From Escherichia coli (lineage in GTDB: Bacteria; Pseudomonadota; Gammaproteobacteria; Enterobacterales; Enterobacteriaceae): a stretch of 24,000 nt of DNA. The stretch lies in the NCBI RefSeq assembly GCF_022493435.1, contig NZ_CP028751.1, one strand, 5' to 3'. A model generated the notes under the pieces. The model had not been told where the DNA came from. It searched no databases and worked only from the letters and a program-made list of their open reading frames with translations. Each line of letters begins with the position of its first letter. Position 1 is the stretch's first letter. Shown here in pieces: positions 1-9,317 of this stretch. Both the position numbers and the translations under genes were made by a program.

Positions 1-224
1 GTTTTTAACCTGAGATTGTTAAAGATATATTACAGATTAATAATATTCTTAAAATGTGGTAATTTATTAAATCTGTAATAAAAGCGTAAACAACTGCCGC
101 TACACTTGCTGATCCCGCGCAACAAAACGCCATGCTTTGCTCGCAGATGGTTGGCAACCGACGACAGTCCTGCTAAAACGTTCGTTTGATATCATTTTTT
201 CCTAAAATTGAATGGCAGAGAATC

Positions 225-1328
225 ATGAGTGACAGCCAGACGCTGGTGGTAAAACTCGGCACCAGTGTGCTAACAGGCGGATCGCGCCGCCTGAACCGTG
301 CCCATATCGTTGAACTTGTTCGCCAGTGCGCGCAGTTACATGCCGCCGGGCATCGGATTGTTATTGTGACGTCGGGTGCGATTGCCGCCGGACGTGAGCA
401 CCTGGGGTACCCGGAATTGCCAGCGACTATCGCTTCAAAACAGCTGCTGGCGGCGGTAGGGCAGAGTCGACTGATTCAACTGTGGGAACAGCTGTTTTCA
501 ATTTACGGCATTCATGTCGGGCAGATGTTGCTGACCCGTGCTGATATGGAAGATCGTGAACGCTTCCTGAACGCCCGTGATACCCTGCGTGCGTTGCTCG
601 ATAACAATATCGTTCCGGTAATTAATGAGAACGATGCTGTCGCTACTGCAGAGATTAAGGTCGGTGATAACGATAACCTTTCTGCGCTGGCGGCGATTCT
701 GGCGGGTGCCGATAAACTGTTGCTGCTGACCGATCAAAAAGGTTTGTATACCGCTGACCCGCGCAGCAATCCGCAGGCAGAACTGATTAAAGATGTGTAC
801 GGCATTGATGACGCACTGCGCGCGATTGCCGGTGATAGCGTTTCAGGCCTCGGAACTGGCGGCATGAGTACCAAATTGCAGGCCGCTGACGTGGCTTGCC
901 GTGCGGGTATCGACACCATTATTGCCGCGGGCAGCAAGCCGGGCGTTATTGGTGATGTGATGGAAGGCATTTCCGTCGGTACGCTGTTCCATGCCCAGGC
1001 GACTCCGCTTGAAAACCGTAAACGCTGGATTTTCGGTGCGCCGCCTGCGGGTGAAATCACGGTAGATGAAGGGGCAACTGCCGCCATTCTGGAACGCGGC
1101 AGCTCCCTGTTGCCGAAAGGCATTAAAAGCGTGACTGGCAATTTCTCGCGTGGTGAAGTCATCCGTATTTGCAACCTCGAAGGTCGCGATATCGCCCACG
1201 GCGTCAGTCGTTACAACAGCGATGCATTACGCCGTATTGCCGGACACCACTCGCAAGAAATTGATGCAATACTGGGATATGAATACGGCCCGGTTGCCGT
1301 TCACCGTGATGACATGATTACCCGTTAA
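225..1328 (+). CDS. proB: Glutamate 5-kinase
   Basis: [34 protein letters not shown]... matches E. coli ProB; start taken at the internal ATG (225) of the 186..1328 ORF; immediately followed by proA. Confidence 0.97.
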
Positions 1329-1339
1329 GGAGCTGGCCG

Positions 1340-2593
1340 ATGCTGGAACAAATGGGCATTGCCGCGAAGCAAGCCTCGTATAAATTAGCGCAACTCTCCA
1401 GCCGCGAAAAAAATCGTGTGCTGGAAAAAATCGCCGATGAACTGGAAGCACAAAGCGAAAGTATCCTCAACGCTAACGCGCAGGATGTTGCAGACGCGTG
1501 TGCCAATGGCCTTAGCGAAGCGATGCTTGACCGTCTGGCACTGACGCCCGCACGGCTGAAAGGCATTGCCGACGATGTGCGCCAGGTGTGCAATCTCGCC
1601 GATCCGGTGGGGCAGGTAATCGATGGCGGCGTACTGGACAGCGGCCTGCGTCTTGAGCGTCGTCGCGTACCGCTGGGGGTGATTGGCGTGATTTATGAAG
1701 CGCGCCCGAACGTGACGGTTGATGTTGCTTCCCTGTGCCTGAAAACCGGTAACGCGGTGATCCTGCGCGGCGGCAAAGAAACCTGTCGCACTAACGCTGC
1801 AACGGTAGCGGTGATTCAGGACGCCCTGAAATCCTGCGGCTTACCGGCGGGTGCCGTGCAGGCAATTGATAATCCTGACCGTGCGCTGGTCAGTGAAATG
1901 CTGCGTATGGATAAATACATCGACATGCTGATCCCGCGCGGTGGGGCTGGTTTGCATAAACTGTGCCGCGAGCAGTCGACAATCCCGGTGATCACAGGCG
2001 GTATAGGCGTATGCCATATTTACGTTGATGAAAGTGCAGAGATCGCTGAAGCCCTGAAAGTAATTGTCAACGCGAAAACTCAGCGTCCGAGCACATGTAA
2101 TACGGTAGAAACGTTGCTGGTGAATAAAAACATCGCTGATAGCTTCCTGCCCGCATTAAGCAAACAAATGGCGGAAAGCGGCGTGACGTTACACGCTGAT
2201 GCAGCCGCGCTGGCGCAGTTGCAGGCAGGCCCCGCGAAGGTGGTGGCTGTTAAAGCCGAAGAGTATGACGATGAGTTTCTGTCATTAGATTTGAACGTCA
2301 AAATCGTTAGCGATCTGGATGACGCCATTGCCCATATTCGTGAACACGGCACGCAACACTCCGATGCGATCCTGACCCGCGATATGCGCAACGCCCAGCG
2401 TTTTGTTAACGAAGTGGATTCCTCCGCTGTTTACGTTAACGCCTCTACGCGTTTTACCGACGGCGGCCAGTTTGGACTGGGGGCGGAAGTGGCGGTAAGC
2501 ACACAAAAACTCCACGCGCGCGGCCCAATGGGGCTGGAAGCACTGACCACTTACAAGTGGATCGGCATTGGTGATTACACCATTCGTGCGTAA
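1340..2593 (+). CDS. proA: Gamma-glutamyl phosphate reductase
   Basis: [25 protein letters not shown]... 417 aa, typical ProA, directly downstream of proB. Confidence 0.97.
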   Translation: MLEQMGIAAKQASYKLAQLSSREKNRVLEKIADELEAQSESILNANAQDVADACANGLSEAMLDRLALTPARLKGIADDVRQVCNLADPVGQVIDGGVLDSGLRLERRRVPLGVIGVIYEARPNVTVDVASLCLKTGNAVILRGGKETCRTNAATVAVIQDALKSCGLPAGAVQAIDNPDRALVSEMLRMDKYIDMLIPRGGAGLHKLCREQSTIPVITGGIGVCHIYVDESAEIAEALKVIVNAKTQRPSTCNTVETLLVNKNIADSFLPALSKQMAESGVTLHADAAALAQLQAGPAKVVAVKAEEYDDEFLSLDLNVKIVSDLDDAIAHIREHGTQHSDAILTRDMRNAQRFVNEVDSSAVYVNASTRFTDGGQFGLGAEVAVSTQKLHARGPMGLEALTTYKWIGIGDYTIRA

Positions 2594-2598
2594 ATAAA

Positions 2599-2655
2599 AC
2601 CGGGTGATGCAAAAGTAGCCATTTGATTCACAAGGCCATTGACGCATCGCCCGGT
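2599..2655 (+). terminator. Probable proBA transcription terminator / stem-loop
   Basis: ACCGGGTGATGC (2599-2610) pairs with GCATCGCCCGGT (2644-2655), 12 bp including one G-U, followed by a short T-rich stretch. Confidence 0.6.
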
Positions 2656-2707
2656 TAGTTTTAACCTTGTCCACCGTGATTCACGTTCGTGAACATGTCC
2701 TTTCAGG

Positions 2708-2783
2708 GCCGATATAGCTCAGTTGGTAGAGCAGCGCATTCGTAATGCGAAGGTCGTAGGTTCGACTCCTATTATCGGCACCA
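2708..2783 (+). tRNA. thrW: tRNA-Thr, anticodon CGT; genomic island attachment locus
   Basis: 76-nt cloverleaf with acceptor arms GCCGATA/TATCGGC, anticodon loop TTCGTAA, T-arm GTAGGTTCGACTCCTAT and encoded CCA; located downstream of proBA. Confidence 0.95.
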
Positions 2784-3093
2784 TTTAAATCAATAAGTTA
2801 GATAAGTGTGTGCCTAGATTTTCTTGCAGTTTGTCATTTGGGTACACACAGGGGACACAAAGCACAAAAGTGTGTACATTTGGTTTTGGTATCCTCGTGT
2901 TTACTTCTTACCGTTGATATAAATTCACTTTCTTGTTGACAAAAATTGTAAGCATGTCGAATGGCAATGTAGACATCGCTATTAGTTGTTTGGCAAGGTA
3001 TTTATTGAGTGTAAACATAAAAACTTTATCAATATATGCTCAGACTGATGAGGTCAGTATTGATACTAATGTTTTCAAATTTTAGGCCATAAA

Positions 3094-3690
3094 ATGGCTG
3101 TCATTCCAATGTCTTACTCCCCTGCTACTGTAGCCCGTCGTTTTTCGATACTGGATGGAGTAACTATTCAGGGCGTGCTTTACCAGATCATCTGGGATCC
3201 AAAGACTCCGTTCGCTGCGGTAATCGAAGCTGCACCTTCTGTTATTGATGGTGATATTCGCCATAAGGTTGTTGCTACTCTGGAGCTTCAGCGTCGTCCA
3301 CAGCTTGAAGGGGTGTTTGTCCGGAAATTCTGGGAAGAACAGGACGTTGCTCAGATTGAAGGGATTGTTGTTGATGGCGCTGTACGTGATGTTGGCCTTG
3401 CGACGTTTGTTTATGAAACGATAGCCACAAAAGCAGGCGTTATACTATTAAGTGATAACGAGCAATATGAAGGAGGTAAAGCCCTCTGTCAGCATATAGC
3501 GCGTCGTTCAACGAATCTTAAGGTGTTTATCTTAGATACAGATTCCGCACGGTATTACCCGTTTGATGGTGATCGGATCTGCTATGATGGGGAAAGTATT
3601 CCTAAATCAGAAATCTGGAGTGAACATCCTGATCGAAACAAACACGGTGTTGTTCTTGTGGCCGAATCTGTTAATGGAAAAGCCGCATAA
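3094..3690 (+). CDS. Hypothetical protein, 198 aa
   Basis: Uninterrupted ORF with protein-like composition (MAVIPMSYSPATVARRFSILDGVTIQGVLYQIIWD...); no family recognised with confidence. Confidence 0.6.
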   Translation: MAVIPMSYSPATVARRFSILDGVTIQGVLYQIIWDPKTPFAAVIEAAPSVIDGDIRHKVVATLELQRRPQLEGVFVRKFWEEQDVAQIEGIVVDGAVRDVGLATFVYETIATKAGVILLSDNEQYEGGKALCQHIARRSTNLKVFILDTDSARYYPFDGDRICYDGESIPKSEIWSEHPDRNKHGVVLVAESVNGKAA

Positions 3691-3776
3691 TTTGCCGATT
3701 GCCTCGTGTCCCTGGAACTCTGGTATACCGAGGCAGAACAAACAGGGGATAACCGGGCTGTTATCCCATCTATGAT

Positions 3777-5414
3777 CTACTGCCCGGTCAGGCATTTTCC
3801 CCATAAAGGTCGAATCACATCTCTATCTTCACTGTAGGGAAATCTTTTATTTTTTTTCTTCTGTTCCAACAGGAATACGTCGATTTCGTTATTGATAATC
3901 TCCTTAACAGTGCGGCGATAACGGTTTAGCGACGTATCACTTATATTTGTCTTTGACAGGCGTAAACTGGTATCGGCTTTGATGTCTTCATTTATGCCAT
4001 CTTTAACTTTTCGTTTTGGCCTATCCGGAATCCCTTCATGCAGATCATAGGCTTTCAGCCCTACAAGTCGTACGGCAACGTCAATCTTCTCTGTTCGTTT
4101 TTGTTTATGACTTTCTAACAAAACTTTATTTTTTTCATACCATTTTTGAAATGTTTCCAGCCGCTTCTCATTATCTTTACTGAGCTCCAGAAGAGAATGA
4201 AATTCAAAATTATCTGTTATATTAATTTCACTCTCTGATGCCGGAGGTTTTATTCTTGGAAACTCTGTCTCATTCTGGGATGATTTCTTGTATTTCTCCT
4301 GCAGACAATGACAAAGATAAATTACTGCATCCTGAAGGGTATTAGTGTGAATCAACCTCAGAAGTTCATCACGTTGTATGGTTATCTGGCAATAATCCTT
4401 TTCCCATGCAGTTGTATGCCCGGTTTCTGTATCTTTATCCGGAGTAACTGTTGCGAATTTCCATGTATATCGGATAAAATCTGTTGGTTTAAAATACTCC
4501 ATGGTTTTGTTGAACCAGTCAATGATTTCATTGGCATAAAGACGGACGTATTCATCGTATATTGACTCAATTTCATACCAGTTGGCGACCCGACACAAAT
4601 TATTCACGAATTCTGTACGTCCTGTTTTCAACAGTTGTTCTTTCCGTCTGATTACATCCCCGGTATTTTGCTCCGGACAATCTCTGAATATTTTATGTTC
4701 CTCTTTAAAGGGGGATAGCCATTCTGGAAAGTCTGTATTATTTTTCTTGTAGAATCCGTTAACTGTTATACCAATAACTCTGGCAAGTATTGCTGATTCA
4801 TCAATTTCATGATATTGATTCATGTGTGCCAGTAACTCTGAGGTGCAGGAGTGTGCAACAGACAGATCCTGATGGCAATACCCCTGTCGGGTTTCTGCTG
4901 GAATTGGTGAACTCCAGGCCTTACATTCAGTCAGAATATTAAATAAATCATCTCCTACAAACTTTGCCAGTTCAGGTGTTTTCCAGGTTCTCGGTCCTGG
5001 GCTGATAAAGGTTGATGTTGTCTGTACCTCTTGCATCGCCCCCCAGGTTTTCAGACTGATATTTCCTTCATCAAAACCATTGTATAAATGGCACATCACA
5101 TTAAGCGCATCTGTAAGAGCAGAAGGAGTGGGTTGGGGGGAGGTAGACTCTTCAATAGTAAGCTTTGGTTCTTCAGCGCTTCTTTGTTCTCTAAAGATTC
5201 TCAGGAGCTCTGTATTGGCACGTAATGCAGAGAGTACTCTGTGCTGTTCTTCAAACCAGGGGCGATATTCTGGATCCTGATATAGTTGACGTGCTTTAAA
5301 AATGAGCAAAAGGATTTGTTCGGAAACCGCCTCGTATATGCCAGGGAATGGGTGGAGTTCGCCGGATAAAACACGATCATACTGATACTTTTGTTGCATT
5401 GTCCGAGTTACCAT
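3777..5414 (-). CDS. Hypothetical protein, ~545 aa
   Basis: Long uninterrupted ORF (start at 5414, or internal ATG at 5399); charged C-terminus; no recognisable domain. Confidence 0.65.
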   Translation of the reverse strand: MVTRTMQQKYQYDRVLSGELHPFPGIYEAVSEQILLLIFKARQLYQDPEYRPWFEEQHRVLSALRANTELLRIFREQRSAEEPKLTIEESTSPQPTPSALTDALNVMCHLYNGFDEGNISLKTWGAMQEVQTTSTFISPGPRTWKTPELAKFVGDDLFNILTECKAWSSPIPAETRQGYCHQDLSVAHSCTSELLAHMNQYHEIDESAILARVIGITVNGFYKKNNTDFPEWLSPFKEEHKIFRDCPEQNTGDVIRRKEQLLKTGRTEFVNNLCRVANWYEIESIYDEYVRLYANEIIDWFNKTMEYFKPTDFIRYTWKFATVTPDKDTETGHTTAWEKDYCQITIQRDELLRLIHTNTLQDAVIYLCHCLQEKYKKSSQNETEFPRIKPPASESEINITDNFEFHSLLELSKDNEKRLETFQKWYEKNKVLLESHKQKRTEKIDVAVRLVGLKAYDLHEGIPDRPKRKVKDGINEDIKADTSLRLSKTNISDTSLNRYRRTVKEIINNEIDVFLLEQKKKNKRFPYSEDRDVIRPLWGKCLTGQ

Positions 5415-5717
5415 GATGTCAGAAGTTTCTGCTTGCTACATATTGGTCCGCTGTCAGACAGAATCGATGTTGTCCACTGAAATGAAACGTTAATCCTGAG
5501 CCAGCCGCTGATTACGTGGATAGCTTGTGTACATTTGTTTATATCCTGAGATTTTATACATTATTTACGATAATTTTCTCCTGATTGTGATTGTCTCCGT
5601 CAGTTACCTCTGCGTCTTCTGTATAAGCGTATTTGCTTCATTTTCCGATCATTCGTAGCCTGCTTCTGTCTGTTCAGCAACAGATTGTCTTTTCCTCCGC
5701 TTGTTGTAGCTTATTTT

Positions 5718-5733
5718 TGTGATGATTATCACA
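5718..5733. promoter_or_regulatory. CRP-consensus-like palindrome TGTGAT-GATT-ATCACA
   Basis: Matches TGTGA-N6-TCACA exactly in a long ORF-free segment upstream of the AlpA-like gene. Confidence 0.4.
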
Positions 5734-6104
5734 AATTAGATGGAAATATTTCACCTTCCTGCGACTCCTCCATGCCTTGTCTGAATTTGACATGGATTTA
5801 TTTATATATCCCAACCTAATTTTAGTCAACAAAAATCGTCATAATGGATTTTTAATATTAATTTTTGTTTTTATTGGTCGCGGCTTGTTTTTATTTGGTT
5901 CTATATGTCTTTATTTTTTCTATTAAAAGCCATTTTAACATTGCAATTCAGTATTTTGACCTATAAAAATCATAGTATTACATTTTATTTGCAAGGTGTT
6001 GACTGGATGAATGATAGTGACTTTCACTCATTGTTTATCCGGGAAATTTAGTCATTTCATGCTCATGCCGGAAATAAAAAGTATTGATATATCAGGAGGG
6101 TAGT

Positions 6105-6332
6105 ATGTGGCTTCCATTAACAGATGAACAGCGTCTGGTCATTTTGAAAGCTTATGGGATTGAATGCGACAGACTGGTACGTGAAAAGGAACGATATGAG
6201 ATCACGTCAATTTCTCGTACACAAGCGTGGAAACTTGAACGGGAGGGAACATTTCCACCACGTAAGTCTATCGGAAAGAAATCTTGCGGATGGTTGTTAA
6301 GTGACCTTCTCTGCTGGATACAGACCAGATGA
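6105..6332 (+). CDS. AlpA-family transcriptional regulator (prophage/satellite type)
   Basis: Small HTH protein with the AlpA-like pattern ISRTQAWKLEREGTFPPRKSIGKKSCGWLLSDLLCWIQ, just upstream of YfjI-like genes as in CP4-57-type elements. Confidence 0.7.
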   Translation: MWLPLTDEQRLVILKAYGIECDRLVREKERYEITSISRTQAWKLEREGTFPPRKSIGKKSCGWLLSDLLCWIQTR

Positions 6333-6364
6333 ACTGTCTGTATTTTCAGTATATCCAGTCTGTA

Positions 6365-6403
6365 TAGCAGCTATTGTTGCTATTGTAGCGGAAATAGCTG
6401 CTA
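6365..6403 (+). promoter_or_regulatory. Long leader hairpin upstream of truncated DUF3987 copy 1
   Basis: TAGCAGCTATTGTTGCT-ATTGT-AGCGGAAATAGCTGCTA: 17 positions per arm with one mismatch and two G-U pairs. Confidence 0.55.
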
Positions 6404-6437
6404 TAACCGAAAGTTATTACGAAAAAAGGAAATATTT

Positions 6438-6665
6438 ATGTCTTACATCAAACCGGATACTCCGTATCCAGTATATGCGCAACCATCAATGACTGGAAAT
6501 GCAATAATTGAAACTCAACACAATGAAAAAGCATCTCTGGCTATGACTACAACATCATTATTAACAGCGATGTCAATTGCCTGTCAGAATCAGATTGACG
6601 TGTGCAGCCCCGGAAATTTACGTGGGGCCGTTAATATTTACACTATGGTTCTGGCTGATTCCTGA
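6438..6665 (+). pseudogene. Truncated DUF3987 (YfjI-like) N-terminal fragment
   Basis: 75-aa ORF MSYIKPDTPYPVYAQPSMTGNAIIETQ...LADS* aligns with the N-terminus of the downstream 478-aa protein and stops at the equivalent of its putative nucleotide-binding motif (LADSGERKTT). Confidence 0.8.
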
Positions 6666-6842
6666 GAAAGGAAAAAGACCGGGGGGAAGGTGTTAGTGAA
6701 ATAATTTTAGGAGGTGTTAAGAATGAGAAACATGAATGATATTTCGTGGTAAATAACACAGTATGAACTGAATTAACCTTATCGGTTTATTAAACATCAG
6801 ATCTACAGATATTCTGTATTTCTCAGAACATTAGGTCTGAAC

Positions 6843-6878
6843 AGCAGCTATTTCGCTATTATAGCGGGAGTTGCTGCT
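6843..6878 (+). promoter_or_regulatory. Leader hairpin upstream of full-length DUF3987 gene (copy 2)
   Basis: AGCAGCTATTTCGCT-ATTAT-AGCGGGAGTTGCTGCT; same position relative to the ORF and clearly related to the 6365-6403 hairpin. Confidence 0.55.
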
Positions 6879-6913
6879 ACTTTACTAACCCATTAATGAA
6901 AAGAGAGGCTTTT

Positions 6914-8347
6914 ATGTGCTTACTTGCACCAGAAAATCCTTATCCGATATATGCACTACCACCGCTGGTGAGAAATGCAATAATTGAAACTCAAAAAAAT
7001 ACACAGGCACCTTTGGCTATGGTGGCGACATCCGCATTAACAGCGATCTCAATTGCCTGTCAGAATCAGATTGACGTGTGCAGACCTAGAAATTTACGTG
7101 GGCCTGTTAATCTTTACTCTCTGATTCTGGCTGATTCTGGTGAAAGGAAAACGACCGTGGATAAAGTGTTTATGAAAGCATTTTATCTCAGGGATGAAGC
7201 CCTGGCGGAAGAATACGCGAAACTGGTTGAGAATTACAGCACAGAAAAGGAAATATGGGAGCAAAAACAAAAAGCGCTGGAATCAAAATTTCATAAAGAG
7301 ATTCGTGCCGGTAAAGATTACAAGGCAACAGAATCAGAGCTTGAAACGCATCTGAATAAGTCTCCTGTTCCGCCGCAGATACGTCGAACAATTTTTAATG
7401 AGACAACGATAGAGGGAATGTTAAAATATTACTCCGATAGCAATCGCTCTTTTGCTCTTGTATCCAGTGAAGGGGGGGTAATTTTTGACAGCCGGGCCAT
7501 GAGTAAACTGGGAATTATTAACACTTTGTGGGATGGAGGTTCTCTTTTCATCGACAGGAAATCATCTCCCGGAATTAATTTGAAGGAGCCAAGACTGACG
7601 ATATCGGTGATGATTCAGCCTGATGTTTACCACAAAGGTTTTTGTACGCGAAAAAAAGAAATTGTGAAAACGTCAGGACATCATGCAAGGTTTTTGATGT
7701 GTCAACCAACATCAACGCAGGGGACAAGGATAATAACCGGAGATAATTATTCATCACAGTATCAGGATTTGTTTGAAGAGAGGATCAATGAGCTTATTGA
7801 TGAAAGTCTGGCGATGAGTGGTGAACGACGTTGCCTTCACTTTTCTCCTCAGGCTGCCAGAATCTGGACGGATTATTACAATGATGTGGAATCGAAGCTG
7901 GGGGGATTGGGGCCTTTAAGACATTGCCGGGAATATGCTGCTAAAAATGCAGAGTATATGGCAAGACTGGCAGGACTTATTTACCATTCGAGCGGTGAAG
8001 AGGGGGAGATTTCCCCTTACACTGCAGAAATGGCGAGAGAATTAGCAATATGGTACGGTAATGAGTATGTGCGGTTGTCTAATCCGTTAACTTTTGACAA
8101 CTCTGCCCTGACCGTACCTGTGCGACTCATTCCAGAGGAGCTTGAACTTTTCAACTGGATAAAAAGCTATTGTATTGAGAAGGGGATCCTCTGTATGAAA
8201 AAAAATGACATTTTACAGCGTGGTCCGAACCGTTTCCGGAAAAAGGATAAAATCAACTGGTTACTGGATTTACTGTATGAACAAAACAGAGTTGTACCGG
8301 TTATTGAGGGAAAAACGTTGTGTGTCGCACCTAACTTTGACCTCTGA
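6914..8347 (+). CDS. DUF3987 / YfjI-like protein of cryptic prophages and satellites
   Basis: MCLLAPENPYPIYALPPLVRNAIIETQKNTQAPLAMVATSALTAISIACQNQIDVCRPRNLRGPVNLYSLILADSGERKTT..., typical YfjI/DUF3987 N-terminus; downstream of AlpA-like gene. Confidence 0.85.
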   Translation: MCLLAPENPYPIYALPPLVRNAIIETQKNTQAPLAMVATSALTAISIACQNQIDVCRPRNLRGPVNLYSLILADSGERKTTVDKVFMKAFYLRDEALAEEYAKLVENYSTEKEIWEQKQKALESKFHKEIRAGKDYKATESELETHLNKSPVPPQIRRTIFNETTIEGMLKYYSDSNRSFALVSSEGGVIFDSRAMSKLGIINTLWDGGSLFIDRKSSPGINLKEPRLTISVMIQPDVYHKGFCTRKKEIVKTSGHHARFLMCQPTSTQGTRIITGDNYSSQYQDLFEERINELIDESLAMSGERRCLHFSPQAARIWTDYYNDVESKLGGLGPLRHCREYAAKNAEYMARLAGLIYHSSGEEGEISPYTAEMARELAIWYGNEYVRLSNPLTFDNSALTVPVRLIPEELELFNWIKSYCIEKGILCMKKNDILQRGPNRFRKKDKINWLLDLLYEQNRVVPVIEGKTLCVAPNFDL

Positions 8348-8350
8348 ATG

Positions 8351-9317
8351 ACTTAATCGTTGAGTAACATATAATCTCCTCTGCTACTTGCGGAGGAGAC
8401 TAATGCCTTTACCATGTCAGCGTTGTATTAGAAAACTCTGGTACAGGTCAGTCAGTAAATATAACTGGTGTAACCACTATTTACTATTGGATAGAGTGTT
8501 GCTCAGGATATTGTCGGCTTTAGTCTGAGGTGAGGTGGGACCTTCATTGTTTTCGTGTTCAATAAATAATTTAGGTTAATTAGTATTATTAATGGGAGTT
8601 ATGTTATCTGTTATGTTGTCTCTTTCTATCGTAATGTCACTCCTCTTTATGCTGAGTATTCTGTATGTGCGTAATGCGTCTATCCCCATATGCTACAATG
8701 TGGTGGTGTATGGGGATTAGTTATGTGTAAATTATGTCACTCACTCATAGCGTAATATTGAGAAAGTTAATCCATTGAGTGTGTGTCTGGTTCGTATTTA
8801 ACACTAGTTACGTACCAGAACACTATTAGAGTATATTGTCTTTAGTTCGTACGTTATAGCTCCGTTACAGTTTATAAGTATGGGTAAATATAATCTTTTC
8901 TGTATGAAATAATCTTCTTATTGTGAGGTTAAATATCTGTAGGCTCTCTCTGCAGAGTCTCTGTTTTTACTTAATGGTACGGCAATACTAATAGCGATGT
9001 TGCCTGTGGCTACCCGGTACTGACTTTTGTGAAGATCAGATTATTTCCTGTAAGTAATTGAATGGTACTTCCTTAAACTTAATTCTATGAGGTGTGTTTT
9101 TACCATTGTAATTCGTTCTGGTCCTCAGTTTAAGAGAGTCTCACTGTATTCTGAATCATTACCCTATTACTGTAATGAGGTAATACGAAACAGTTTTATC
9201 AGGTTGTCTGTGCTGCTGGTTACCTCGTTTATTAATGCCGCGGTACGGCGTTTCTGTACTCTCAGTATTTATGTAATTCCACTTTCCTGTCAGTTTTATA
9301 AAGTAAGGTCTATAAAA
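8351..9317 (+). other. Candidate large structured noncoding RNA or structured DNA region
   Basis: About 970 bp without a convincing ORF and with many closely spaced inverted repeats (see findings); lies between DUF3987 and Gp2-like genes. Confidence 0.45.

Noticed and set aside
734-1451. Minus-strand ORFs opposite proB/proA (734..1174, 843..1199, 1227..1451, 2080..2391, 2285..2674)
   Set aside because: Antisense shadows of well-supported proB and proA genes.
8351-9317. Retron or CRISPR interpretation of the repeat-rich tract
   Set aside because: No reverse transcriptase in the window, no regularly spaced direct repeats, and no Cas genes; the inverted repeats differ in sequence from one another.
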